Shown here: in pieces, positions 51,767 through 61,492 of the stretch
Layout: every line of letters starts with the position of its first letter
How positions within the stretch are numbered: position 1 is the first letter of the stretch
Sequence record: GU911519.1
DNA from: Acinetobacter phage Acj61
DNA: 64,000 nt
Strand: one strand, 5' to 3'
Notes under the pieces: generated by a model
The model's database searches: none
The model's input: only the letters and a program-made list of their open reading frames with translations
What the model was told of the DNA's origin: nothing
Made by a program: the position numbers and the translations under genes

Positions 51767-52036
51767 TCAGAACAATGTATCTAACTCTACTGCAATAGGC
51801 AGAAGTTCGTTAGTCAATGCTTTGATATTGTCACCTGTGATAGGTAATCCAATGTACTTGTGAGTGATCTGCTCCATATCTGCGATACGTTGCTTGTTCA
51901 TGTCTCGATCACGTGGGTCAACGATCAAACGAATATTTTCTTTAGCGAACTCAATAGCTACAATGCCAAGAGTAATTTTTGCATCTAAAGAACGAGTTGC
52001 ACGAGTATCAATTTTAGGTTTGAATGTGTTTTTCAT
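51767..52036 (-). CDS. hypothetical protein
   Basis: 89 aa; terminator 51733-51749 downstream. Confidence 0.45.
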   Translation of the reverse strand: MKNTFKPKIDTRATRSLDAKITLGIVAIEFAKENIRLIVDPRDRDMNKQRIADMEQITHKYIGLPITGDNIKALTNELLPIAVELDTLF

Positions 52037-52089
52037 ATCATAACTCCGGTTTGTAAGATCATTATACTACATGTTAAGAAGAAGCACAA

Positions 52090-53598
52090 TTACTTGCGCA
52101 ACTTCTTGAGGATTTCTAAGTTTCGTTTACCAGGCAACATCTTGTTTTTCCATTCTTTACGTTGGAAGAACACTTTGGTGATTTCTTCAGGAATCACACC
52201 TTGGACATCTTTGGTGTACATCATGCCGTTTGGTGAACAACTGTACACTTCTGAAGGACGTGGAGCAGTTTTGTTGATGTACTCAGCCAATGGACTTAAT
52301 GCGAATGTACCTGCAATAGTTTCTGGGCTGATATTCACTTGACGAATGATCGATGGATACAATGATGTCAAGTCAAATGACATAACATATTTGTAAGCAC
52401 CTGGTTTTGGTTCCTTAACGTATGCACCTGGATAACCTTGACGAATATGAGATTTGCCTTCTGGTAAGATCGTGTGCTTTGATTTCAATGAGTTGAATAA
52501 AATCGCATCCCAAGTTTTGATTGGAGACATGACTGATCCGATTGCCATTTTAGCATAGTAACCCATTGAAAGTGATAGGTTAATGAATCCACGTTTCACA
52601 TCAATCGCTTGTACAGATTCAACGTCCATGATGTTGTACGAAATGTAACGTTGGTGATTTCGTTCACGTAACTTGTTAATTGGACCATCATATTCCAACT
52701 TACCAACACCGGTTTCATATTTCGCAATGAAGTCAAGTTTATAAGTCGGTTGGTTTGTGAATGCGAACTTTTTGTATAAGTCCATGTAGTCAAGAATCGT
52801 GACACCTACGATATTGAAGATTTCTTTGTCACCATACATGTTAGTGATGACTTTAGAAGTTACTTTACCGAATGGACTCATTCGATTGACTGCACTGTTA
52901 CCAAGAACTCGTTTCAAACGATTGAGCACGTATGGAATATCGAATCCTTCAACGTTCCAACCTGTGAAAATTACTGGTCGTTTAGTTTCCCAAAGATTGA
53001 CGTATTCCATCAATAATTCTTTTTCAGAATCAAATGGCATGTACACGACTTTGTCTAAAAGATTTTGAGGTACTTCATCACCACCTTCAGAATCTGGGCG
53101 AGCTGCAAGTTTGATGTCCCATTTCGAAACAGAACCATAAACCGAATTCAACAAGTCAAAGACATAGTACTTGTCATCGATTGAATCATAGTGAGTGATC
53201 GCATCGATTTCATACATCGCTTCAGCTGGATTCGGGAACTCTGCTGCAGTCACCTCAATGTCCATATTGGCAACACGAACATATTTTCGATTGTACTCAA
53301 TCACATCTTTGTATGTGTCAGCAATATATGCTAATTTGAAGTCATCCATACCAAGAACATCGACGATACCACGAGTTTTCTGCATCCAATCTTTGGCATC
53401 TTTGATGCATGTGAATCGTTTAGGGAGACATGGCTTACCATAAATGTCTTTGTACTTTGATTCAACGTGATCTTGTGCATGAATGAATAATGTCGGTTCA
53501 TATGGCACATAACGAATAACTTCTTCACCAAATTCATTGATGTATCGTTCACAAATGTTGTTACCAATCTGTTCGACTGCTAAATAAAAAGGCTTCAT
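52090..53598 (-). CDS. 43: DNA polymerase, family B, N-terminal cistron (N-domain + 3'-5' exonuclease + start of pol) = 43A
   Basis: MKPFYLAVEQIGNNICERYI...VRVANMDIEVT (Exo I)...YNIMDVESV...FDLTSLYPSIIRQVNISPETI aligns with T4 gp43 residues 1-~500; ends ...FFQRKEWKNKM... where T4 continues. Confidence 0.88.
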   Translation of the reverse strand: MKPFYLAVEQIGNNICERYINEFGEEVIRYVPYEPTLFIHAQDHVESKYKDIYGKPCLPKRFTCIKDAKDWMQKTRGIVDVLGMDDFKLAYIADTYKDVIEYNRKYVRVANMDIEVTAAEFPNPAEAMYEIDAITHYDSIDDKYYVFDLLNSVYGSVSKWDIKLAARPDSEGGDEVPQNLLDKVVYMPFDSEKELLMEYVNLWETKRPVIFTGWNVEGFDIPYVLNRLKRVLGNSAVNRMSPFGKVTSKVITNMYGDKEIFNIVGVTILDYMDLYKKFAFTNQPTYKLDFIAKYETGVGKLEYDGPINKLRERNHQRYISYNIMDVESVQAIDVKRGFINLSLSMGYYAKMAIGSVMSPIKTWDAILFNSLKSKHTILPEGKSHIRQGYPGAYVKEPKPGAYKYVMSFDLTSLYPSIIRQVNISPETIAGTFALSPLAEYINKTAPRPSEVYSCSPNGMMYTKDVQGVIPEEITKVFFQRKEWKNKMLPGKRNLEILKKLRK

Positions 53599-53629
53599 AA
53601 ACTACTCCATAATTATAGGGAAATTGTAT

Positions 53630-53655
53630 ACCAAAAAAATTTAAAGCGGGTTTCC
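53630..53655 (-). terminator. rho-independent terminator
   Basis: aaagcggg-tttc-cccgcttt then AAAUUUUUUUGG in sense; between small membrane gene and gene 43A. Confidence 0.6.
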
Positions 53656-53665
53656 CCGCTTTCTT

Positions 53666-53905
53666 TTAATTGGTTTGAACATCGTTTGCGATTGCTCGTT
53701 TGCTCATTTCTTCTCGAGGAATCCAGCCTTTTTCTGTTTTGACATAACATCCTGAAACTATGCTATATCGAGTTTGCCGATCAGTCATTGATTCGTAACT
53801 ATTGCATTGCATGAATCCAGAAACAGTGTTCCATCCAGCGATTAAGATTGCAATAACGACTACTAAAATGATTGTGGCCCATAATTCAAATGCGGCGTTT
53901 GACAT
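53666..53905 (-). CDS. small membrane protein
   Basis: N-terminal TM helix; terminator 53633-53652 downstream. Confidence 0.45.
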   Translation of the reverse strand: MSNAAFELWATIILVVVIAILIAGWNTVSGFMQCNSYESMTDRQTRYSIVSGCYVKTEKGWIPREEMSKRAIANDVQTN

Positions 53906-53906
53906 A

Positions 53907-54263
53907 TTAGTTTCCTACAGTGTACTTTGATTTAAGTGTCCATTCAGACTTTTGACTGAACTTAATAACTCGGAAATTGTTAGAGATTTCTACATCTCCG
54001 AGGTCAGTTTTGATAAGACCCCATGCTTCAAGAGTCTTAGCAATTGATTTGGTACGAAGCAGATCATCTTCAGACATGTTGACAGCTTTGCCATCTAATT
54101 TCATCATGTCTTTAAAATGAGCAATGAAATATTTTCCTTGCTTTTGCAAGATATGGCAAGACTGGTACAAGACTTTGTCTTTATTGTTTGCGATACCCAT
54201 GCGAGTAAGAGTTTCTTTAACTTTTAGGAAGTCGTCTGGTGTGTTCAAAATAATGTTAATCAT
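53907..54263 (-). CDS. regA: RegA translational repressor
   Basis: MINIILNTPDDFLKVKETLTRMGIANNKDKVLYQSCHILQKQGKYFIAHFK...NNFRVIKF aligns near-identically with T4 RegA. Confidence 0.92.
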   Translation of the reverse strand: MINIILNTPDDFLKVKETLTRMGIANNKDKVLYQSCHILQKQGKYFIAHFKDMMKLDGKAVNMSEDDLLRTKSIAKTLEAWGLIKTDLGDVEISNNFRVIKFSQKSEWTLKSKYTVGN

Positions 54264-54826
54264 AGCAATCTCTTTAACTCTTTCTGCTCTTTGACATTTT
54301 TCGTGATCGACTTCAAAAATTCATCAGTCACGAATCCTTTAGCTTGTTGCAACACTGCATCAAGTTTACCTTTATGTTGTAGCAAATCACGATATTCTAC
54401 CGCTTTGCCTGGGTTGACTTTGTAAAACTTCTGTAGAAGTTGAAGTACAAATTTGTCTTTGAATGATTCATCAAGCTTAACTGCCTTAGCGAATCGTTTG
54501 CCATGTGGAATCGCATTCATTAAGTAGTTATGATGAGCTTGGTCACTCATTCCATGAAGTAACATGTTAGCCATGTACACATGGTGGATGCAATCAACGT
54601 GTTTCGATAACATGTTGTCAACTGCAAACTTTGAATATGAATCGATGTTGCCAACAGGTAATTCTTTCTTACCCGTGTTGATATTGTTGAGCAACATGAA
54701 GAATTCATTTTCAGGTTTTTCTTTATATGAATCAGCCAACTTCTGAACTGCTTCCCAATCTTTGCCAAACCAAGCAACGTCATGTTCAGAATATTGTTGT
54801 TCATCTTCACCAAATAAACAGATCAT
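54260..54826 (-). CDS. 62: clamp-loader small subunit
   Basis: ...AWFGKDWEAVQKLADSYKEKPENEFF...VTDEFLKSITKNVKEQKELKRLL aligns with T4 gp62. Confidence 0.88.
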   Translation of the reverse strand: MICLFGEDEQQYSEHDVAWFGKDWEAVQKLADSYKEKPENEFFMLLNNINTGKKELPVGNIDSYSKFAVDNMLSKHVDCIHHVYMANMLLHGMSDQAHHNYLMNAIPHGKRFAKAVKLDESFKDKFVLQLLQKFYKVNPGKAVEYRDLLQHKGKLDAVLQQAKGFVTDEFLKSITKNVKEQKELKRLL

Positions 54827-54844
54827 GATAATGTCCTCATTTAG

Positions 54845-54886
54845 TTGATAAGGCTATTATATCAAATAGCCTTGGATTTGTAAACA
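54845..54886 (-). promoter_or_regulatory. early promoter cassette between genes 44 and 62, covarying palindrome
   Basis: aaggcta|ttatatcaaa|tagcctt; TTTACA (54879-84) - 17 - TATAAT (54856-61). Confidence 0.55.
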
Positions 54887-54887
54887 C

Positions 54888-55853
54888 TTAGTTCCATTGA
54901 ATTTCGAGAACTAAACGAGTGAACATGTACATCATGTGGATTTCGACGTTGGCTGCAAGACCATGCATCTGATTATTTTCACCTACAATTTCATACATAC
55001 GAATGATACTGGCTTTTGAGACCTTAGTGTACAATTCATTTGCAAGTTTTTCGATGAAGAATGAATAATCCGGTGCATACTTAGGAGCTAATGCTCGTAA
55101 TGTTGCAAGGTCTTTTCCTTTGAGAGCTTCGAGAACATCATCAATTGAACCACGATCATTTGTTACAATCGAAAGAATACCTTCGTCAATAACACCTTTG
55201 GTTGAATAATGATCTAATTGCTTGATCGTTTCACGGAAATCTGGGAAGTTTTTCTTGACCAAAGCTGCAATGACCTTACGATCTTGGACTTCGATGCCTT
55301 CATTTTCACAGATTGCCATACAACGAACAATCATTTCTTTCATCATGGTACGTGTATCTTCTTGAGTTGGTGACCCAAATTGGATAACGTTAGCACGAGA
55401 ACGAAGTGGTTTGATGATACCTTCGAGATTGTTGGCAGTGATAATGATTGAACAGTTGTTGCCATAAGTTTCCATGAAAGTACGTAAGTGACGTTGTGCT
55501 TCAGCAACACCAGCTCGGTCGAACTCATCAATAACAATAACTTTTTGACGTCCATCCATTGATTTAGATGATGCGAAACGAGTCAATTCATTACGAACGA
55601 AATCGATCTTACAGTCAGAACCATTGACAAAGAACATTTCTGCATTAATATCAGCACATAGGGCTTTTGCAACAGTTGTCTTACCGGTACCAGGAGAATT
55701 TGATTGGAGAATGAGATGTGGAATCTTGCCTTTCTTAACCAAGGCTAAAAAGATTTCCTTATCATGTGCAGGCAAAACACATTCTTGAATTGATTGTGGA
55801 CGATATTTCAACTCAAACATATGTTCTTGTGCGTTAATTGTTAAATTACTCAT
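54888..55853 (-). CDS. 44: clamp-loader large subunit (AAA+ ATPase)
   Basis: ...KGKIPHLILQSNSPGTGKTTVAKALC...QKVIVIDEFDR...CSIIITANN aligns with T4 gp44. Confidence 0.92.
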   Translation of the reverse strand: MSNLTINAQEHMFELKYRPQSIQECVLPAHDKEIFLALVKKGKIPHLILQSNSPGTGKTTVAKALCADINAEMFFVNGSDCKIDFVRNELTRFASSKSMDGRQKVIVIDEFDRAGVAEAQRHLRTFMETYGNNCSIIITANNLEGIIKPLRSRANVIQFGSPTQEDTRTMMKEMIVRCMAICENEGIEVQDRKVIAALVKKNFPDFRETIKQLDHYSTKGVIDEGILSIVTNDRGSIDDVLEALKGKDLATLRALAPKYAPDYSFFIEKLANELYTKVSKASIIRMYEIVGENNQMHGLAANVEIHMMYMFTRLVLEIQWN

Positions 55854-55884
55854 AATAAGCTCCGTGTCATTTCAGAAAAATAAG

Positions 55885-55910
55885 AAGTAAGGAAGGCCCG
55901 AAGGCCTTAA
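55885..55910 (-). terminator. rho-independent terminator, UUCG loop, after gene 45
   Basis: aaggcc-cgaa-ggcctt then CCUUACUUCUUAUUUUU. Confidence 0.6.
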
Positions 55911-55911
55911 C

Positions 55912-56598
55912 TTAGAAATCGTGTGTTGAATCAGCTTCTACTGCTAAGACATATGATGCAGTTGTACCTTCGAACTTAGAAGCGAACATTTCACCAGTAG
56001 CCCATAGCAATACTTTGTAGCTATCTTGTTGCATTTTCATATTTGCAATATTGATAACAAAGTTGAAGTTGTTAGAGTCATTATATTCTGTTGCATCGAA
56101 CTTGTACAATGGTTTTTCAAGTTTTGAATCGGCAATTTTGTTAAATGATTTGATAACGATTTTACCATCTTCAGAACCAATTGTCAAAGTATCAGCGCCA
56201 AGACCACGTGAAACTCGCATGATTTGTTGATATTCTTCGGCATTCAATTCGAAGATCACGTTTGCAGTTGGGAAACTGATTTGTTTCTTAGGTGCAACGA
56301 TTGTTGATGGGTCTGCAGAAGGCCAAGTGATTTCAGATCGAGCACCTTTGATTGAGATGTCACCTTCTTTATTCAATGAGATTGTTGCATTTTCATCAGC
56401 TAACGATAGAATGCTTAAGAACGCATTGAGATCGTAAATACCAAATTCTGCATCAATTTCATCACTCAATGTTGCTTCGGCATAAGTTGCACCATTGACA
56501 GATCGAGTCATTACGAATTGACCAGGTTTTAATACGATACCGCCATTGATTGTTGCAAAGTTTTTAAGAGTAGCCAAAGATTCTTTAGAGAGTTGCAT
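55912..56598 (-). CDS. 45: sliding clamp
   Basis: MQLSKESLATLKNFATINGGIVLKPGQFVMTRSVNG...YVLAVEADSTHDF aligns with T4 gp45. Confidence 0.92.
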   Translation of the reverse strand: MQLSKESLATLKNFATINGGIVLKPGQFVMTRSVNGATYAEATLSDEIDAEFGIYDLNAFLSILSLADENATISLNKEGDISIKGARSEITWPSADPSTIVAPKKQISFPTANVIFELNAEEYQQIMRVSRGLGADTLTIGSEDGKIVIKSFNKIADSKLEKPLYKFDATEYNDSNNFNFVINIANMKMQQDSYKVLLWATGEMFASKFEGTTASYVLAVEADSTHDF

Positions 56599-56646
56599 AA
56601 TTACCTCGAAATGTTAATAAAAATGTTGTTAGTGATATTATATCAC

Positions 56647-57021
56647 TTATTCGCCTTTCGCAGAACGAGTTGCGAAATCTTCAAGCCATAGTTGAGCTGC
56701 AGTGATGAGTAATTCATCGGAGTCAGAGCAGAAGGCATCTTCAAGACGTTCGATACCATCGACTTTAACAAATTTAGCACCATCTTCAATTGCTTTGAGA
56801 CGTGCATCTTTCATGAGTTTGACCCAGATCGCTTGAACTTCAAAGTCGAATTCACGGAACAGTTGACATTTTACATATCCAGGGAAGTGTTCAAATTTGG
56901 CTTTATCTGCCTCAGGCATCTGAAGTTTCCAAGCATTTCGAACACGTTGATCACAAGATTCACCACGAGTTTTCTTTGGTTGGATGTCTGCAGGAGTGAT
57001 CATAGTCATTGAATTGTTCAT
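56647..57021 (-). CDS. rpbA: RNA-polymerase-binding protein RpbA-like (by position between 45 and 46)
   Basis: 124-aa ORF in the conserved 45-rpbA-46 slot; sequence identity not verified. Confidence 0.5.
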   Translation of the reverse strand: MNNSMTMITPADIQPKKTRGESCDQRVRNAWKLQMPEADKAKFEHFPGYVKCQLFREFDFEVQAIWVKLMKDARLKAIEDGAKFVKVDGIERLEDAFCSDSDELLITAAQLWLEDFATRSAKGE

Positions 57022-57097
57022 AATAAATTCCTTGATTAAGTGGATGTATCAATTAAGATTTGATGAGAGTATTTTAAACTACAATTTAATATAGCAC

Positions 57098-57286
57098 TCA
57101 ATCATAATACTCTGATAAGAGCCAGGCGTCATTTCGCCCTGATTTAATTTTGAGGAATCCCTCTTCACCAAAGGCAGCTAAAAGCTGCTCTTTAGTAACG
57201 AGAGTTTCTTCATTCGTATAGAGATTAGTAAGTGTATACTTCTTAATCTCTGGGTGCAATGACAAATCGTTTAGAGTTTCCATCAT
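57098..57286 (-). CDS. hypothetical small protein
   Basis: 62-aa ORF abutting the gene 46 start. Confidence 0.4.
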   Translation of the reverse strand: MMETLNDLSLHPEIKKYTLTNLYTNEETLVTKEQLLAAFGEEGFLKIKSGRNDAWLLSEYYD

Positions 57287-58965
57287 TACTCCATAATTGT
57301 GAATCGGCCCACCTTCTTCATTTGCAAGTGCTGGCCATAATCTTGCGGATTATGATCTCGGTGAGAGATAATGAAAATGTTAGCGTCTTTCAATTCGCCT
57401 AGGATTTGATTGATAGACTTCATTGCTTGTGCGTCAACTGGGCCATCGAAAACTTCATCCAAGAACAGACAGTTAATTTTAATACCACTTACTTTTTCAG
57501 CAATATCTCGCCAAGTAAATAGCAATGCGATGTCAATACGAGCTTTCTCGCCTTGACTGAATGAAGCATAGGTGAACTCTTCACGTCCACGTGACTTGAT
57601 CGTTTCTGAGAATTCTTCATCAAGAACGAACGAGTAGTCAGCTTCCATAATGTTCAAATAGTGATTAATTTGCTTATTGAACAAAGGGATGTACTTCTTG
57701 ATAATAGAGCCTTTGATGCCAGAATCTTTGAGCATTTCAGTGATTAGACCACGACGATGTTTTTCAAGTACCAAGTCAGACTTGTGCTGAATGTCATTAT
57801 TTAATTTCGACTGAAGCGAATTAACTTCTTCAGTGTTATCAACAAATTCCTTTGATGCTTCTTCAAGAGCAGCATTGATCTTTCGAATTCGTTCGACTTG
57901 TTGAACAGCCAATTGGCGATTCGTTGCGATCTGGTTTTCATAACGACGAATTTCCTCTTTAGCATTCAAGTGAGCTACTTTACGAGAGTGAACTTCAGCA
58001 TGAACTTCTTTAAGGCGTTCGAATTCTGATGTCAATGAAGCTTTAGAATCTTCAATCTTGTCTACCAATGAGTCATCTGAAAGTTGTTGTAAACATGTAG
58101 GACATGAGCCACCTTTTTGATACAATGATAGCACACGAACTGTTTGATTGAGTTCACCTTCGATTTGTACTACAGCACGATGAGCATTATGGCTTTCGTC
58201 TGATGGGTCTTCACCTGCATCAACGCCTAAGATTTTTTCATTCAATGACTGATTTTCTGCTTTGATCTTTTCGATCTCAGCCATCGCCTCGTCTTTCATT
58301 GTCTGTAGTCGAGTGATGTTGTCACCAGACAATTTCTTTTGACGCTCAGCATAGTCATTATGAGTTTTGATCTGAGTTTGGGTATGTCCAATTGTCAAAT
58401 CAATTTGCTGTACATCAGTGTTCAATTCACGAATTGCACTTTTGTTAAGCTTGTCCATTTCTGCAAGAATCGTTACTTCTAATAAGTCTTCAACTAACTT
58501 ACGACGTGAAGGAGTATTGAGTCCCATAAATGGCGTGTAACCAGCAGTACCGAGTACGACGATTTGCTTGAATGATGCATAGTTCATTCCAATCATTTCT
58601 TCGAAGTGAGTTTGGAAATCACGTACACTTGCTGATTCATCGATTGGTACACCATCTTTCTTGACGGTGAACACATTCGGCTTGATGCCACGAGCGATTT
58701 CAAACACATGTCCATCATACTCCATTGCCAATTCAACTAACAAAGCTTTCTTTGTAACTGAGTTGACCAACTGGCCTTTTTTGATGTCACGAAACGGTTT
58801 TCCAAATAGAGCAAATGTGATTGCTTCTAACATTGTACTCTTGCCACCGCCATTTTTACCTGTGATGAGAGTCTTATGATGTGCATCAAGTGCAATTCGG
58901 ATTTCTGTATCGCCTACAGACATGATATTCTTGTAGGCGACGCTGTTGAGTTTAAATGTTTTCAT
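57286..58965 (-). CDS. 46: recombination endonuclease subunit (SbcC/Rad50-like)
   Basis: MKTFKLNSVAYKNIMSVGDTEIRIALDAHHKTLITGKNGGGKSTMLEAITFALFGKPFRD...LFLDEVFDG...QHLQMKKVGRFTIME aligns with T4 gp46; ATG 58965. Confidence 0.92.
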   Translation of the reverse strand: MKTFKLNSVAYKNIMSVGDTEIRIALDAHHKTLITGKNGGGKSTMLEAITFALFGKPFRDIKKGQLVNSVTKKALLVELAMEYDGHVFEIARGIKPNVFTVKKDGVPIDESASVRDFQTHFEEMIGMNYASFKQIVVLGTAGYTPFMGLNTPSRRKLVEDLLEVTILAEMDKLNKSAIRELNTDVQQIDLTIGHTQTQIKTHNDYAERQKKLSGDNITRLQTMKDEAMAEIEKIKAENQSLNEKILGVDAGEDPSDESHNAHRAVVQIEGELNQTVRVLSLYQKGGSCPTCLQQLSDDSLVDKIEDSKASLTSEFERLKEVHAEVHSRKVAHLNAKEEIRRYENQIATNRQLAVQQVERIRKINAALEEASKEFVDNTEEVNSLQSKLNNDIQHKSDLVLEKHRRGLITEMLKDSGIKGSIIKKYIPLFNKQINHYLNIMEADYSFVLDEEFSETIKSRGREEFTYASFSQGEKARIDIALLFTWRDIAEKVSGIKINCLFLDEVFDGPVDAQAMKSINQILGELKDANIFIISHRDHNPQDYGQHLQMKKVGRFTIME

Positions 58966-59068
58966 AGTTGTGAACCTGCCATAAGACCGCCAAAAAATGC
59001 AGCTGTTGCGATAGCACACCAAATCAATTCATTTGCGAACCATTCACGTTTTGTCATCTTGACATAAA

Positions 59069-60085
59069 TCATTTTGAAGCCTCCAAGTACAATTGTTTAA
59101 CGATTATCTTTGTTGCATCGATATCTGCAGCATTGACTTCAGGTAGAGCATCAACATATTCTTCCATCAAATCTGGTAGTGTCTTGATCTCTTCATCAAC
59201 TGCATCGTCAGTTACTTCAACTGATGTATCAACTTTAACAATGACCTTCAATTCATGAACAACTTCTTCGAGTGCAGTTTCAAATGCAACCAAAGACTTA
59301 TCCATTTTGTCTACTATAACACGTAATGAGATGTTTGTAAACTGTCTTGGATTAATTGAGCATGGATAATAAATCTTTTTGTGCCAGATCGTTTCATTTG
59401 GAACGAATTCTGATTCTTCGGTTTCTGTATCAAAAATCCAGAATCCACGAATGTCATTTTCATCACCAGCAGTCAGTGTGTAAGGAGTTCCAATGTAACT
59501 GACATTCTTATTTTCTGATTGTGTATGGAAGTGACCTGACCATGCTCGTTTGTATCGACGTAAGAAATCAGGCTCAATACCATGTGATTTCATGCCTTTG
59601 TAGAAATAGAATCCATTTAGTTCGAAGTGTCCTAAACAATATCGAGCTTCAGTAGTTTTCATGTACTCAAGAATTTCTTCTCGATTCTCATCACAAATCC
59701 AAGGCACCATATCGATTTTGAGTCCATCATAATCAACAGTTGTGATCTTATCATAGATTGTGAAGTGCGGGAACTGAGTCAACAATTCTGTGCAAGCATT
59801 CGGATGAATTTTTTGTTTGAGTGACATGTCGTGATTACCCACAATCACATCGACTTCAATACCTGCATTGCCAATTTCAGTTGCGATTTCACGAGTGAAT
59901 TCCATGCACTTGTGAGTAATTGCTTTGCGTACATCGAACCAGTCACCAGCCTGTAACCATTTCGTGATGCCGTGCTTCTTTGAGATTTCAATCGCTTGAC
60001 GAATTGCATCTCGTTGTAAGTCTTGAACCCATTTGTCATCTTGCTTGACTCCAAAATGAAGGTCGCCAAGTTTAAGTACTTTCAT
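59069..60085 (-). CDS. 47: recombination endonuclease subunit (SbcD/Mre11-like phosphoesterase)
   Basis: MKVLKLGDLHFGVK...WLQAGDWFDVRKAITHK...VIVGNHDMS...GHFELNGFYFYKG...WSGHFH aligns with T4 gp47. Confidence 0.92.
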   Translation of the reverse strand: MKVLKLGDLHFGVKQDDKWVQDLQRDAIRQAIEISKKHGITKWLQAGDWFDVRKAITHKCMEFTREIATEIGNAGIEVDVIVGNHDMSLKQKIHPNACTELLTQFPHFTIYDKITTVDYDGLKIDMVPWICDENREEILEYMKTTEARYCLGHFELNGFYFYKGMKSHGIEPDFLRRYKRAWSGHFHTQSENKNVSYIGTPYTLTAGDENDIRGFWIFDTETEESEFVPNETIWHKKIYYPCSINPRQFTNISLRVIVDKMDKSLVAFETALEEVVHELKVIVKVDTSVEVTDDAVDEEIKTLPDLMEEYVDALPEVNAADIDATKIIVKQLYLEASK

Positions 60086-60325
60086 GTTTTACCTCCAACG
60101 TAATGATTCCATTATACCACAAAAGGATGCTAAAGCATCCCCGTGAAGTTATCGAACAAATCAGGCTTCGCTTCGCGCTGGTCCGGGTCCGGACCAGAAA
60201 TCCACTTCGTAAATAACTAACGAAGTTATTTATAACTTTTCTCTGAGCACTTTCTCGAAAAGTGAACAATTTAGTTTAGAAAGTAAACATCCAATTGTAT
60301 TGTATTTGTAACAACATATAGATAC

Positions 60326-60351
60326 GCGAAAGGGACTCAATTGAGTCCCTA
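60326..60351 (-). terminator. rho-independent terminator
   Basis: agggactcaa-ttgagtccct then UUCGCG. Confidence 0.5.
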
Positions 60352-60355
60352 TACG

Positions 60356-60724
60356 TTATTTAGCGGTTTGTACAATATCGAGCAATGATTGACGGCTGGT
60401 ATTCCACATTGTGCGAATGAGTTCGTCGTTATAAGGCTGTTTATAAATGTCACGCAATTTCTTAATAGCGTATGCATAACCATCAAATCGGTTTTCCATT
60501 AAACATTTACCAGCATGATTTTTGAGACGTTTGATTTCACGTCCATTTCGTTTTAAAACCCGTTGTGCTTTTTGAGTAGCCATAGACATCATTTTATCGT
60601 GCATCTTTTCTGCATCGTAGTGGTCTAAGAGAGATGATTGACCTTCATCTTCGGCTTGTTCTTCAGTGAGGTTTGCTTGGATTGCTTCAGCTTCAACTAA
60701 TTGATGTTCGATATTGGCTTGCAT
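60356..60724 (-). CDS. hypothetical acidic protein
   Basis: 122 aa; terminator 60331-60350 downstream. Confidence 0.45.
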   Translation of the reverse strand: MQANIEHQLVEAEAIQANLTEEQAEDEGQSSLLDHYDAEKMHDKMMSMATQKAQRVLKRNGREIKRLKNHAGKCLMENRFDGYAYAIKKLRDIYKQPYNDELIRTMWNTSRQSLLDIVQTAK

Positions 60725-60726
60725 AA

Positions 60727-60903
60727 TTATCCCTTTGTTTCGTAGGTGAGCTGCAATCCGAATGATGATTCAGATACGTTAAATTGATAATCTAAATCGA
60801 AATTCGGATCGATTTCAGCTCTGAATAGATTGTTACCACCAGGTAACGTTGCGTATTGGCTGTCTTCATTTAATAGATGAGTTATGTCAAGATTCATCTC
60901 CAT
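60727..60903 (-). CDS. possible small ORF downstream of gene 55
   Basis: ATG overlapping gp55 C-terminus; weak RBS. Confidence 0.3.
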   Translation of the reverse strand: MEMNLDITHLLNEDSQYATLPGGNNLFRAEIDPNFDLDYQFNVSESSFGLQLTYETKG

Positions 60904-61432
60904 ATAGGAAATCCAGGTTAGGTCCATCAGCTTTCGCTTGCTCTTTCGGCTGAGCTTTAACTGACTCTTCATATTGCGTCATTTTGTCGTAGATGTCTTG
61001 AATGAAATTCTCATCGGCTATTGAGGCCATATCAGTATCTCGTGAATCATAAACATTGTTGACAAAGTAGCTATATTTCTTAGCCATCTCTTTACGTTCT
61101 TTCTTGATACGCTGAACAAAGGCATTGAAACAAGCTTGGGTGATATACGCATGTGGATTATTGAATCGGGTCTCATCGAAGTTGATAAGACCTTTAATCG
61201 ACGCTTCAATCCCATCCGATATCATTTCCTCTTTCCAAGACGACGAATATCCTGAAAAGTTGAATCGTTTCGAAAGTCCTTTTGCAATTAAAAGGATTGC
61301 TTTACCGATCGTGTCATTTTGGCGAACAGGTTCACCTGCCTCAGCACATTTCTGTTTCCAATCGCAAATCGCTTGATACAGCTCTTTGTTATTGACATAA
61401 TTGTTCTTCGGCTTAATTGGTTGGTCAGTCAT
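60887..61432 (-). CDS. 55: late-transcription sigma factor
   Basis: ...[16 protein letters not shown]...[47 protein letters not shown]...[41 protein letters not shown] aligns near-identically with T4 gp55. Confidence 0.93.
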   Translation of the reverse strand: MTDQPIKPKNNYVNNKELYQAICDWKQKCAEAGEPVRQNDTIGKAILLIAKGLSKRFNFSGYSSSWKEEMISDGIEASIKGLINFDETRFNNPHAYITQACFNAFVQRIKKERKEMAKKYSYFVNNVYDSRDTDMASIADENFIQDIYDKMTQYEESVKAQPKEQAKADGPNLDFLYGDES

Positions 61433-61492
61433 AGTTAATTACCTCTTGATAAGATAATTATACAACACTTAATCATAAAGCATATGAAATAT

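Noticed and set aside
48103-52089. Group I intron or intein explanation for the split polymerase gene
   Set aside because: Both halves have their own RBS and ATG. The intervening 4 kb encodes about ten independent ORFs with promoters and terminators, and no intein block motifs are seen in either half.
60072-60269. 65-aa minus-strand ORF in the gene 47 upstream gap (also 16848-17039 and 60727-60972 full length)
   Set aside because: No RBS, it crosses strong hairpins, and the reading frame begins at a non-ATG codon in the track. Treated as non-coding.
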